Below the pieces are notes generated by a model, which saw only the letters and a list, made by a program, of their open reading frames with translations, did not search any database and was not told where the DNA came from. The position numbers and the translations under genes are program-made. DNA of 63,482 bases, filler included, from Octopus bimaculoides (Eukaryota), in assembly GCF_001194135.2 (NCBI RefSeq). It is 6 parts of 6 records of this genome, joined end to end, with 100 filler letters (N's around TTAATTAATTAA, not from the genome) between each part and the next. Parts side by side here need not be neighbours in the genome. Positions count along the whole stretch, not along the records: positions 1 to 28,448 come from NC_068983.1; 5 more parts are not named here. The stretch is one strand, 5' to 3'. Position 1 is the first letter of the stretch. Every line of letters begins with the position of its first letter. This document shows, piece after piece, positions 1 to 13,835 of this stretch.

Positions 1-39
1 GGAGATATACAAATGTAAGCAAACACAAACACAAATGTG

Positions 40-101
<62 letters not shown>

Positions 102-139
102 TGAAAATATAAACATGATGAGCTACTTTCAATTTCTTA

Positions 140-358
140 TTTCTTTATTGCCCACAAGGGGCTAAACATAGACAGGACAAACAAGGAGATTAAGTTGATT
201 TCATCGACCCCAGTTTTGTAACTGGTACTTAATTTATCGACCCTGAAAGGATGAAAGGCAAAGTCGACCTCGGCAGAATTTGAACTCAGAACGTAACAGC
301 AGATGAAATACCACTAAGCATTTCGCCTGGCATGCTAACATTTCTGCCAGCTCGCTGC
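140..358 (-). mobile_element. tRNA-derived SINE family A (core GTCGACTTTGCCTTTCATCC...GGGGTCGATAAATTAAGTACC, Nin/Deu-like), representative copy
   Basis: A/B-box-like head (GGCAGAA...GTTAG; GAGTTCAAATTC). Many further copies, e.g. ~17390-17570, 24960-25160 (+), 40370-40570, 45700-45930, 51180-51380, 56476-56686, 61370-61565 (+). Confidence 0.85.
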
Positions 359-1008
359 TACTTTCAATTTGTGTCTCTCAGATCCCATCGCAAGCAAAGG
401 CTATTGTAGAAGACACCCAAGATGCAGCATAGTGTGAGACTGAACCTGAAATCACATGATTCAGAAACAAACCTTTTAATTCCACTGCCACATCTGTACC
501 TCATAAATTAAAATCAATTAGTGAAACAGGAAAAAATTTTAAACGACCCTGAATCTTAAATTGAAACTCAGATTAAAATTCAATAAATTAACAGAAACTT
601 AAAATACTTTTTGAAAGATCTCAATAAATATTATTTTTAAACCAAATATTTTTTTTTCTTTTTATCAGAATCAGATTTCAATTACATATCTTTTCTTCAA
701 CATAATTTTGGTTTATGAAAATGCTTCAGACTTGTAACTAACTAGACATGTCACAAACAAAAAAAAAATTCTATTAATTCAAATTAAAATTGCCATATCT
801 ATAAATTTTATCTAAATGTTTTCTTATTAAAAGCTTCAACAAAAAAGTATAGAATTGAGCTATTTATTGAAAGCTCTGAAATTGTCCACCTTAATCATAT
901 ATATTAGACAAGTAAAACAACACACTGACCGTATTTGCACACATACCTGTACACACGCACCTATACACACACACACGCAGATATATATATATAATCACAA
1001 GAATTTAC

Positions 1009-1114
1009 CTTTAATATATCGAAACATTTCTGTATTTTCCGCATGTCAGCTCCGACATCTAAGACTGCTTCCAAATCAGAATCTTCTAAGTATTGGTTTA
1101 CCAAATCTATACAT
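1009..1114 (-). CDS. KIF6: KIF6 internal exon after the motor domain (CIDLVNQYLEDSDLEAVLDVGADMRKIQKCFDILK)
   Basis: AG/GT boundaries. 106 nt, phase 2 start completes CA|A from the 3847 exon. The GADMRK..CF..LK motif matches KIF6 as I recall it. Confidence 0.9.
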
Positions 1115-1836
1115 CTCAAAAACAAAATGGTTGGATGATTTTAATTACTTTTGAGGTTACTGAAATTAATTGCTTTCCAAAACGAAATTCAGGAGAGAAA
1201 AAAAAAAATAACAAACAAACAAACAATTAAAAATAAACAAATTTATAAATAACTAAAAAATAAAAACGAAATAACAGCCTTAAATCTGCCATATTTTTCA
1301 CAGAGACTCTATAAAATATTTTCCTACCCCCAATATATTGCTTGTAAGGTTGCAGAAGTTAATTAGAACTTCTGAATAAAAACTATAGGTGCGACATAAT
1401 AAATTGGTATAAGATTTCATGAAAATGTATTTAAATTTGTTCAAATTGAAGCAGCATTGCTATAAAATTAACGAGTCTTTTCTGTAACTTGCATTGAAAG
1501 GTATCAACTCCTTTTCTTCTCGTAAATATAGAAGAGAGAAGGGTGAGCTCTTCTATGCTAACTAGCTTGAGGTAAACTTCATGAAGATGGAGTTGTTAGT
1601 AGTGACCTTTTCACCTGCTAAAAACACAGCTTTTGTTTTCTTTTTTTTTAAAATTTTTTTAATACTAACTACGTAAAACTTTTCCAAAAATAACATTCTT
1701 GCGAGGTTGCAGAAGTTAATTAAAATGTTTGACTAAAGACCTAGGTGATGTAATGAATTGGTTTAAGATTCCAGGAAAATGGATCTGAATTTGTTTGGAA
1801 TCTCAACCAAACCAACAAACAAACAAACAAAATGCA

Positions 1837-1868
<32 letters not shown>

Positions 1869-2007
1869 ACATACACAGAGGGGAAGAGAGAGACAGACAG
1901 ACAGAGGAAGAGAAAGGGGGAGATACCTATATATACATCTCTTTTACTCTACCTGTTTCAGTCATATGACTACGGCCACACTAGAGCATCACACACACAC
2001 ACACATA

Positions 2008-2043
<36 letters not shown>

Positions 2044-2255
2044 TGTATGTATGTATGTAGTGAGAGGAAGCTGGAGAGAGAACTTGTCGCAAATATTATA
2101 TTGTGATTTTAAATAGCTGGGGAGAAGAGCAAAATATTCTGGAAGAAGTTTCCAGTAGTACAGATAAGTCAAGCTTTATATATGAAGGAAGGAGTATTTG
2201 TCCAACCCATGCCAGCATGGAAAATAGACGTATGATGATAATGATGATAATGAAG

Positions 2256-2287
<32 letters not shown>

Positions 2288-3846
2288 TCATATGCACACA
2301 TTCATATATGTGTGTGTGTGTGTGTGTGTTTACAAATGAGTGTCACTATCATAAAAGCAGTGTCCTTCATTTCCAATCTACAACGAAAAACATGTGTAGT
2401 CATAGGGAAATATTATTTTGCTTGGAAACATGTGAGAGCTGATAAGAGGAATGGAATCAGTCAGAAGAAAACTGAATTCAATCAGAGAAATGTGCATGGA
2501 TAGATTAAGAAGTTTCCTGAAAGGGAAACCTATGTTTTGTCACCCAGACCTATATGAAAAGAAGAGTTTGATGTATTGTGTTAAATTGGATAGATGAGAT
2601 ATGTAGCTTGCCCCCTGCAGCAAAAACATCAAATACTTCCAGTATTTCAAGCACTGTGCAAGCTCTTTGCCATTTTTATTGAGAATCATGGTAAACTTTT
2701 ATTGGCCCAAGTCAAGTGTTAAGAGATATATATAGAACACCGAGGCCACTCTGCAAAGCACTTGGAATTAGAAAGGGTATCTAGCTGTAAAAACCATGAA
2801 AAGATGGACCTAGTCAGTGCTGGTGCCACATAAAAAGCACTCAGTCCATTCTGTAAAGTGGTTGGTGTTAGGAAGGACATTCAGTCGTAAAAACCATGCC
2901 AAAACAGACAGTGAAGCCTTGTGCAGTCTTCTGGATTGCAAGCTCCTGTCAAGCTGTCCAATCCATGCCATCATGGAAAACAGACATTAGATGATGATGA
3001 TTAGATGATATCATCATCATCATTGTTTAACCTCTGCTTTCCATGCTGGCATGGGTGGGACAGTTTGACAGGCGTCTGCACCAGACTTCTGAGACTGTTT
3101 TGGCAGGATTTTTACAGTGGGATGCCCTTCCTAACACCAACCACTTTACAATGTGGACAAACCACAATATATGTTTTCTATGTTTTTGGTAATACAGGGC
3201 ACATGTTTTTTTTTTAGGTCATTTGTATGAATTTAGAAAAAGATTCATTGCTCATCAAAGAAAAGGTGTATTTGAAAACAAATTGGTATGAATAATCTTT
3301 AGAATCTTCTTATCACAACTATTCAATGAATCCACCATAACCATCAATGGACGCTTCAATCCACTGTTATCATCAATGGTTGCTGCAGTATGGGGTTGGA
3401 AGCATTGACATTCCAATTTTGGACATAGCGCTGATTATGGTGAACTTGGGAGGTTGTATGGTATTATGGAGTGCTGATTAACTTCTGTCTCCCAACTACA
3501 CCCCATACATAGTAATCCATACATAATAATCTTCCTTTTATATGGCACTAGAATGTGATTTAAGGGAAATTTGGTTGCTATTTTTAGTAAATCTAGTGAC
3601 CACAAAGAGAGTCCTTTATTGCCTTGTGTATGCAAAGTTTCTTCAACTGGATATTGAACTCACATATTGCATCTCACATTGCCAGAATTATAACTTTTAC
3701 TCTATGATGTTCACCACAAATGTAGCAATAAAATCAATGACGGAAGAAGAAAGGGAGAGAGAGAGCATGCCAGAGGAGGAGGAGGGAGAGGAGGTAGAAA
3801 GAGAAGGTAAGAGAGATAGGGAGAGTAGAAGTGTGTTTATACTTAC

Positions 3847-4037
3847 TGCTGTATCTCTTCAGATGTAAGTTCGTCCTCCCGTATATCTCCGGTTCGCAGG
3901 GCTAACTCCTCTTTCAGTTGGTTAACTTCTTTCTTTAGTTTGGAAATCATCAACTTTGGATCAAATTCCTCATTTAGAATGGCCTCGTTCTTGATGAGTG
4001 CCACTCTCTGGGCAAAACGGCAAGTAGAGATTGATTC
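3847..4037 (-). CDS. KIF6: KIF6 exon: end of motor domain and neck coil (ESISTCRFAQRVALIKNEAILNEE...)
   Basis: cag|GAA...CA|gtaagt, 191 nt. Kinesin STxxFAQR motif; near-identical to KIF6 ESISTCRFAQRVALIKNEA. Confidence 0.96.
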
Positions 4038-5487
4038 CTGAAGGACAGCAAAATAAATGGACTGATCAATAAGTAACCAAAAATAAAATAAAGACTAAAC
4101 GAAATTAATAATTGTAATGTTATCATTTTCTTGTTTCAGTCATTGAACTACAGCCACGCTGGAGCACCCCCTTGAAGGGTTTAGTTGAATAAATTGTACT
4201 TATTTTTAAGCCTGGTACTTATTCTATCAGTTCCGTTTTCTGAACTCCTAAGTTACAGGGATGAAAACAAACCAACATAGGCTATCAAGTGGTAGTGAGG
4301 GACAAACACACACACACACACACACACATACACGCACACACAAACACACACATATCTATGTGTCTTTCTGTTTGTGTGCTAGCATCACTTGACAACTGGT
4401 GTTGGTTTGTTTATGTCTCTGTAACTTAGTGGTTCAGCAAAAGAAACCAGCAGAATAAGCACCAGGCTTTCAAAAAAAATGTACTGGGTGTCAATTCATT
4501 TGGCTAAAAATTCTTGAAGGTGGTACACCAACATGACTGCAGTCCAGTGATTGACACAAGTAAAAGATGAAAGATAAAATATAAATAGGCATAGGTGTGG
4601 CTGTGTGGTAAGTAGCTTGCTTACAAACCACATGGTTCCAGGTTCAGTCTCACTGTGTGGCACCTTGGGCAAGTGTCTTCTACTACAACCTCAGGTCGAC
4701 CAAAGCCTTGTGAATGGATTTGATAGACGGAAACTGAAAGAAGCCCATCGTATATATGTATATATATATATATGTCTGTGTGTATATGTTTGTGTGTCTG
4801 TGTTTGTCCCCCAATATCGCTTGTCATCCAATGCTGGTGTGTTTTTTGGCTGAACTCTTTCTTCAGGGTGGCTGGATTTCATATCACCACTCCCATATGC
4901 ACTTTTGCCTTGGTGTACGAAGGTGTCACACAGTGAGACTGAACCCGGAACCATGTGGTTGGTAAGCAAGTTACTTACCACACAGCCACTCCTGCACCTA
5001 TATATCGTATTTTATTTTATGTTGTCAAGTCCTTTCTTTTAACTTCACGAAACCTGCTGACAAAACATTCATAGACAAAATTTTCAGTCAAATGTGCATC
5101 TTAACATTAGCATTTGATTCTTTATTATTTAGTTTTTCTCACAACTGGCCCCCATACTAATGGAACCATCTACTAGTCAAGAACAGAGACTGTGGTTTAT
5201 CACCCACATGAGATTTTCTTTGGAATACTAAGACCACCTCCTTTGCATGTTCTTTCTGTCCAACTTATTTTGTTCGAGATTTGGTGAGGAAATTTTAAGT
5301 CTTTCTAGCCATGCAACAACAACCATTCTTGTTGTTTGTTTTTGTTGTTGCTAATCTTACTCTCATCTTTTCCAGCAGCTATAACAGATAGGAGTTGCCT
5401 GGAGACCTTTTTTGCTTCTTCGTTGGGAGTCCATGGCACCAACATCTATAGCAGTGTTGCTGTGTTTCAAGAGAGGTTTTCTCTCTT

Positions 5488-5536
<49 letters not shown>

Positions 5537-5940
5537 CACACACACACATTCTCTCTCTTTCTCTCTCTCTCTCTATCACACACACACACACTCTCTCTCT
5601 TTCTCTCTTTCTCTCTCTCTCTCTGTAAACATACATATGTACATATTTTTAGGAAAAAAAAAGTTAATCTTAATACATAGCAACATAAAATATGCATACA
5701 CAGATGCATCTATGCATACATATATTGTTATATTTGTGCATGTATGCTTATATAAATGCAAGGTTCGCTCTCTCTCTCTTTCTCTCTTTCTCTGTATACA
5801 TACAAATGTACATATTTTTAGGAATAAAGAAAAAATGAATCTAAATACATAGCAACATATAATATACAAGCATCTTTGCATACATATATTGGTATGTTTG
5901 TGCATAAGGTTCTCTCTGTCTCTCTCTCTCTCCAAAAGTG

Positions 5941-5999
<59 letters not shown>

Positions 6000-6092
6000 A
6001 AATGCATCTAAACACATAACATGCACATGTGCAAAATACATAATTGTATGCTTGTATATGTATACAAATATATGCATTGCTCATTCTTCTTT

Positions 6093-6201
<109 letters not shown>

Positions 6202-7550
6202 AAAGTAAAGAGAGACAGGCATACAGACAGAGATAGAAAGAGTAATACGAAATGAGAGAGAGAGGGGAAACGAAAACAAAGAAAAGAAGGAAAAAGAAAT
6301 GCTTATGATAAAGCACGACTCTTCTCTCCATATTAATACACACCCCTACATATACACACATCAAACAAGCACACACGTATCAAACATGCATGCACACACA
6401 TATATACACACAAAGGAATCGACACACACATTAGGAGGTTCTTTTCCACCTTATCCATTCTCTGCATGAAAATGCTAAAAAGACAAAAGGAAGTACTTTT
6501 TTTTTTCCTTAAATCTATTTATATATTGTCAACCTTCTTTTCGTAGAATCTTTTCACAGAAAATAAATAACAAAAAAAAGATGGAAAAATGAGTAACAAA
6601 TACAGTGAAATACATATAAAAATGTAAAAATATATATATATATATGTATATATGTATATATATATATGCAGATGGCTTTATTTAAATTCCAAGTGTTACT
6701 TAAGTTGCAATCAAGAATGTCTTATTGATGCTCTCATACAACAATGCTTTGGGTGAATATTTTGCATATATATATATATGTGTGTGTGTGTATATATATA
6801 TACTCTTTTACTCTTTTACTCTTTTACTTGTTTCAGTCATTTGACTGCGGCCATGCTGGAGCACCGCCTTTAGTCGAGGAAATCGACCCCAGGACTTATT
6901 CTTTGTAAGCCTAGTACTTATTCTATCGGTCTCTTTTTGCCGAACCGCTAAGTTACGGGGACGTAAACACACCAGCATCGGTTGTCAAGCGATGGTGGGG
7001 GGACAAACACAGACACACAAACACACATACATATATATATATACATATATACGACGGGCTTCTTTCAGTTTCCGTCTNNNNNNNNNNNNNNNNNNNNNNN
7101 NNNNNNNNNNNNNNNNNNNNNNNNNNNNNNNNNNNNNNNNNNNNNNNNNNNNNNNNNNNNNNNNNNNNNNNNNNNNNNNNNNNNNNNNNNNNNNNNNNNN
7201 NNNNNNNNNNNNNNNNNNNNNNNNNNNNNNNNNNNNNNNNNNNNNNNNNNNNNNNNNNNNNNNNNNNNNNNNNNNNNNNNNNNNNNNNNNNNNNNNNNNN
7301 NNNNNNNNNNNNNNNNNNNNNNNNNNNNNNNNNNNNNNNNNNNNNNNNNNNNNNNNNNNNNNNNNNNNNNNNNNNNNNNNNNNNNNNNNNNNNNNNNNNN
7401 NNNNNNNNNNNNNNNNNNNNNNNNNNNNNNNNNNNNNNNNNNNNNNNNNNNNNNNNNNNNNNNNNNNNNNNNNNNNNNNNNNNNNNNNNNNNNNNNNNNN
7501 NNNNNNNNNNNNNNNNNNNNNNNNNNNNNNNNNNNNNNNNNNNNNNNNNN

Positions 7551-7605
<55 letters not shown>

Positions 7606-8035
7606 CACACACACATATATATATACATATATATATACAAATACACACACACATATATATATACATATATATATACATACATATAAACATATATGTATAC
7701 ATACATATATGCACATACATATAAATATGTATGTGTATGTGTGTGTGTGTGTACATGAATATTTGTATGTATGTGTGGATAGATAGATAGATAGATATAA
7801 TGTTTTTTGCAAGGTGGGACCCAGTCTTTTTGGAGGGTTGGTATCTCCCTTTTCCCCACTCTTTCCACACATCTCTCCTCCCACTTTTTTTTCTCTTCTG
7901 GAGCGAAAAACAAAAGCAAATGCAAAAACAAAAACAAAATTAAATAAAATAAAACAAGATAAATTTTAAAAAGCACACTAACAAAAATCATAAAAGATAA
8001 AAAAAAAATGAAATAGGAAATAAAAAAATACTTAC

Positions 8036-8179
8036 ATCAATGTTGTTTTTATCGACTGCACATGTAGCAATCATTGAAGTCATGCAGTTGCCACCAAGGC
8101 TGTCCCTCAGCACAGATGTCATCATGGAATTTCTGTAAGGAATATGGGATCGATTTTTTTCCGAAAGTGCAACGATTAC
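8036..8179 (-). CDS. KIF6: KIF6 motor exon ([39 protein letters not shown]...)
   Basis: tag|GTA...GAT|gtaag, 144 nt, phase 0-0. Kinesin HIPYR and LRDSLGGN motifs. Confidence 0.97.
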
Positions 8180-8471
8180 CTAGCAGCAAAAAAAAAACAC
8201 AGCAAAATAAACGAAAAGAAATAAATAAACAAAATAGAAATGTTAAGGTACATTTTTATTTGTATTATAGTATATATCTATATTACGATATATATATATA
8301 TATACATAGATATATATGTATGTATGGATGTATGTACGTTCTTATGTATATATATATATATATGTATATGTGTGTGTGTGTGTATTATATATGTATATAT
8401 ATATGTCTATGTGTATGAAGGCATGCATGTATGTCTACATTCATATATAAATATGTGTCAGTGTGTATATA

Positions 8472-8544
<73 letters not shown>

Positions 8545-9911
8545 NNNNNNNNNNNNNNNNNNNNNNNNNNNNNNNNNNNNNNNNNNNNNNNNNNNNNNNN
8601 NNNNNNNNNNNNNNNNNNNNNNNNNNNNNNNNNNNNNNNNNNNNNNNNNNNNNNNNNNNNNNNNNNNNNNNNNNNNNNNNNNNNNNNNNNNNNNNNNNNN
8701 NNNNNNNNNNNNNNNNNNNNNNNNNNNNNNNNNNNNNNNNNNNNNNNNNNNNNNNNNNNNNNNNNNNNNNNNNNNNNNNNNNNNNNNNNNNNNNNNNNNN
8801 NNNNNNNNNNNNNNNNNNNNNNNNNNNNNNNNNNNNNNNNNNNNNNNNNNNNNNNNNNNNNNNNNNNNNNNNNNNNNNNNNNNNNNNNNNNNNNNNNNNN
8901 NNNNNNNNNNNNNNNNNNNNNNNNNNNNNNNNNNNNNNNNNNNNNNNNNNNNNNNNNNNNNNNNNNNNNNNNNNNNNNNNNNNNNNNNNNNNNNNNNNNN
9001 NNNNNNNNNNNNNNNNNNNNNNNNNNNNNNNNNNNNNNNNNNNNNNNNNNNNNNNNNNNNNNNNNNNNNNNNNNNNNNNNNNNNNNNNNNNNNNNNNNNN
9101 ATATATATACATGAAAACACTTCCTTTCATTGTGCTTATGAGGCACAGTTTTAGCGTTCTTTACTAACATTTTCCTATAGCATTTTTAGGAGATTTTATT
9201 TATTTATTACTATTATTTGTTTCTTTTGTTTTCCTAACTATTAACTCATATCTACCTCTTTTTTTTTTAAGGTCTTTTCTTCCACTTTTTATTAGATGTT
9301 CTGCTTTTTATCAACATTAGTAGTACTATATTTTTTTTTTCACTGTATTTATTTTTGTTCATTTTTTTTTTTCATGCAACCAGCATCGCAATCTCATCCT
9401 CCACCACACACCCCACTCACTTTTTCTTCTTAAAGCAAAAGGTGGGCAAAAAAATTTTATGCTTCCATACACTAACTTGCCATTGATGATGAACACGTTA
9501 GTAGCAGGAAGAATACACACACACACACACAATAATGTGTATGGCGATTTCACAGTGATGCGATTAGCAATTAAGTAGAAAGTGTCCTCAATATTGCTAG
9601 ATAGAGCGGAATAACATTATTTATTCAAAGCTGAAGGTTGAAGGAGTCACTACTGAGAATTTCTTGTTCCAACATACAGGTGATTGTATATGTCTGTGTG
9701 TGTGTAGTACATATAATATATATATAGTGATATGTAAAAATAAGATCCAGGAATCAAGGTGTAGGAAGTTTGAAAGCTTCAAGCAGTCTGTAGAAGGTAT
9801 AAAAAAAACAATTTTCAATTACAATAGTGGTTTATTGACATAGAAGGTTGTACATTTTTCCCATATCAAAGTTTGATAAGATGGGAAAAGTTATTTTATA
9901 GTTCATGACTG

Positions 9912-10272
9912 TCATCATCATCATCGTCGTTTAACGTCCGCTTTCCATGCTAGCATGGGTTGGACGATTTGACTGAGGACTGGTGAAACCAGATGGCTAC
10001 ACCAGGCTCCAATCTGATTTGGCAGAGTTTCTATGGCTGGATGCCCTTCCTAACACCAACCACTCAGAGTGTAGTGGGTGCTTTTACGTGTCACCCAGAC
10101 GAAGGCCAGTCAGGCAGTACTGGCAACAGCCACGCTCAAGATGGTGTATTTTATGTGCCACCTGCACAAGAGCCAGTCAAGGGGCACTGGCAACGATCTC
10201 ACTCGAAAATCCTACGAAGGCCAGTCAGGCGGTACTGGCAACGGCCACGCTCAAAATGGTGTATTTTATGTG
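9912..10272 (-). mobile_element. SINE family C (AGGAAGGGCATCCAGCTGTAGAAAC ... CCATGCTAGCATGGAAAG..(GAT)n tail), representative copy
   Basis: Recurs at ~2800-3130, 18570-18910, 28040-28285, 28550-28745, 33235-33479, 34610-34790, 36430-36660, 39935-40330. Confidence 0.8.
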
Positions 10273-11914
10273 AAATTTAATATATATATTGCGTTGGTAC
10301 ATAATTATTGCAGCATTTTTTCAACAAATTTTATTCAACAAAAACAATAACAATATTTATGAATTCCATTGTGGCCTGGACAACCCACTTATTGTCAACC
10401 CCTGTTCTAGAAACAAGATGACTTAACCTTTTCCTAAGCATACGTATTCCTATTAATTTTTCAAAATAATTAAAAAATTAGAACGGTTTAATAAAAATAG
10501 TTATGACTTCTTGTATTTCCCAGTTACTGTTGTTAACTTAACCCTAGTATACCTGGGACTACATCAGCTGATAAGTCCCCTTTTATTAAAAGATGGTAAT
10601 GTGAGATTTATAAGAGATGTGGTTGCTGTTTTCAATAAGGTGGTATAAACCATATAAACTTCAGATGCTATTTTGTTAATTTAAAAGATCTTTACTTCCA
10701 ATAATGCTGCAATTTTTTAGTTTTCTGAAATCTAACACTATCATCTATGAAACAAACAATATTTTCATGTTCATTGAGATTTTCCTTATAAATAGCATTT
10801 CGTGCAGGTGATTAATGGTGCGGTTGACAAAGTGGAACCCGGTAAAGTCACAGATTGGTTCAGCTTAAAAGAGTTAAGAAGATATATACCTCATAACAAT
10901 CCATCAGAACCTGAGGAAGAGGGAGACCCAGGAACACATGGGATGAGGTGGTAAAGCAAGATCCCCAAATGTTGGGCCTCACAGAGGCAATGACAAGTGA
11001 CCAGGACCTTTGGCGATATGCATGCTTGATATGCTATGCTGGGCCTCATGAAGGGGATAAGTAGCTGAAACTTTTGGTGATATGCCATGCTTGAGAAGAC
11101 TTGTCAAGCCAAGTGAAATCGTAGTTGTGACCGAGGACATGTACAAAGTACCCATTACACTATTGGAGTGGTTGGCATTAGGATGGACATTCAGCTACAA
11201 AAAACCATGCCAAGTCAGATTGGAACCTGGTGCAGCTCTTCAGTATACCAGTTTCGGTCAAACCGTCTAACTCATACCAGCATGGAAAGCAGACACTGAA
11301 TAATGATGATGATGATAATATGCACATTTTCAAAAACATCTCTAATTAGTTACCATCTATGAATACATACACATCTGCGTAGTTAAGAAGTACTCTTGAC
11401 AAAATTGTATTTCCTAGTTCAATCCCACCAGAGGGTATCTTGACCAAGCATCTTCTACCATAATCTTGAGTTGAGCAGTACTTTGCGAGTCAAATGTGGT
11501 CAAAGAAAACATAGCAGAAACTCATTGTGTATCATGATCACTGTCCTCATCATTTAATGTTCACTTTTCCAATCTTACAAGGATCCGACAAAATTTGTTG
11601 CAGCAAATTTTCCTCTGACTGGATGTGCTTCTTGTTACCAATCCTAGCCTGTTTCCAGGCAACATATTTTCCCATCGATAAGCATGTTTTTCAGAGAAGA
11701 CCATAAACGAACAACTTCACTTGTATCAGGATGATGGTCATTACAACCATCACATGATGTCTAGAAAGGCATGCACACATGCACATATATATATATGGTG
11801 CAGGTGTGGCTGCATAGTAAGGAACTTGATACCCAACCACATGGCTCCAGGTTCAGTCCTGTTACATGGCACCTTGTGAGTGGATTTGGGAGATGGAAAC
11901 TGAAAGAAACCTGT

Positions 11915-11949
<35 letters not shown>

Positions 11950-13787
11950 CGGAGATGTACTTGCATAGCAAGTGACCTGATCTGAGATTGTGTGCTGGAA
12001 CGTGCTGCACGGAATTTTGTCAGTGAGCAGTTCGCGGTCTCAAAGTGACAAAAATATTTTGGCAAATTAAATTTAAATGTGAATCTAACGGTTTTTGTGT
12101 GTTTCTTAAATGGCTTATAANNNNNNNNNNATATATATATATATATATACATAACAAATGAACGACAGAAGATAGAATATACATATATATATATGTATAT
12201 ATATATATTTATGTGTGTGTGTCTATGTCTGTGTTTGTTCCCCCCCCCCACCTCTACCATGCTTGACAACTGATGTTGGTGTGTTTACATCCCCATAACT
12301 TAGCGGTTCGGCAGAAGAGACCGCTAGAATAAACACCACGCTTTTCGACTAAAAGGTGGTACTCCAGCATGGCCACAGTCAATTGACTGAAACAAACAAA
12401 AGAATAAAAGAATATATACAACAAGCTTTTTTCAGTTTCCATTCATAAAATCAATTCGCAAAGCTTTGGTCAGCCCAGAGCTAAAGTAGAAATAGTTGCC
12501 CAAGGTGCCATGTTGTGGAACTGAACCCAAGACTATATGATTGGGAAGTAAGTTTCTCATCCATACAGCCACACCCATGCATTTATCTATAGATATACAT
12601 TATCTCTCTATATATAGATATATATATATATAGATATATATATATATATAGATAAATATAGAGAGAGAGAAAGAGATATTCCTATATATTTAGATCTGTA
12701 CATAACTACATCTTCACCATATGTTAATGAAGAAAATAAACACTGGTGAAAAAAAAAAACCCTGAAAGACTAGTGCTTTACAAATAAAGTCTATTGATAT
12801 ATTTGTTCTGTATCATGTTACACAAACTCCCTTGCCACTCTTACCATTACATCTACAGTGAACCAGTGATTGGTCTATTGAAAACATGCAAGCAATGATC
12901 AGAAACTGTGATATATGATGAAGATATTAATAAATCTATCACAAGCTCTTTCTACTATGGACAATTATTCGACATATGGCTGACAAAAAGTGAAAAGACA
13001 CTGGATACAATACAAGCATTTGAATACTATATGGAGCCAAAAGCACTTAGTTATGTTTTATTTGCATCCAAACTTACAACAAAATTTCCATAGTGCAAGA
13101 AATATTCAATATCAAACTTCTTTACCACACATGTTTTTTTTTTTTTTTGTATATAATTCTTTATAAATTAAAGCAAAAATTTTCTATCAAAATACATTAA
13201 CACATATGTGCGTGCTTCGTAAAAATAAATACTTGCCTATAAACATATTCATACGATTTACACAATTCAAAATTGGCAACTGTAATTTATTCCAAGCATG
13301 ATTCTCTATACAATTTCATAATTATTAACTTATTCAACACTGTATAGATGTCAAATATTTACAAATTACACAGTTCATTAACTAGACATCAATTTTTGCA
13401 TAGTCTTTCCTTTTATTTTTATTTATTTTTTTTTTTTTTGCATTTTCATGGTTTTTTTAGCATTTTAGTTTTTTTTCTTGGCATTTTAATTTTTTTTTTC
13501 TTGGCATTTTCATTTTTTTTTTCTTGGCATTTTCATTTTTTATTTTTTATATAATTATTCCTACTTATATTTTTCAAAAAATGAAAACGAAAAAAATCAC
13601 TAAAATTAACATTACAAATGACAGAAAAAATATGGTAAGAAGTAGTGACACAATGAAGGTTACAACAATAACACATTATTAGTGAGTAGAGCTGATACTA
13701 ATCAGAAATTGACATATGGCCATTGACATTCAGGCTTTATACAGGCATGTAGAGCATGCATACATACATACATATATACATATCTAT

Positions 13788-13835
<48 letters not shown>

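Noticed and set aside
290-358. tRNA-like A/B-box sequences at SINE heads
   Set aside because: They are SINE promoter regions without a full cloverleaf, not tRNA genes.
9359-9553. Signal-peptide-like ORF MKSPYTLLCVCVCILP... followed by a possible donor
   Set aside because: It starts at GTG, has no in-frame ATG before an upstream stop, and its hydrophobicity comes from a (TG)n tract.
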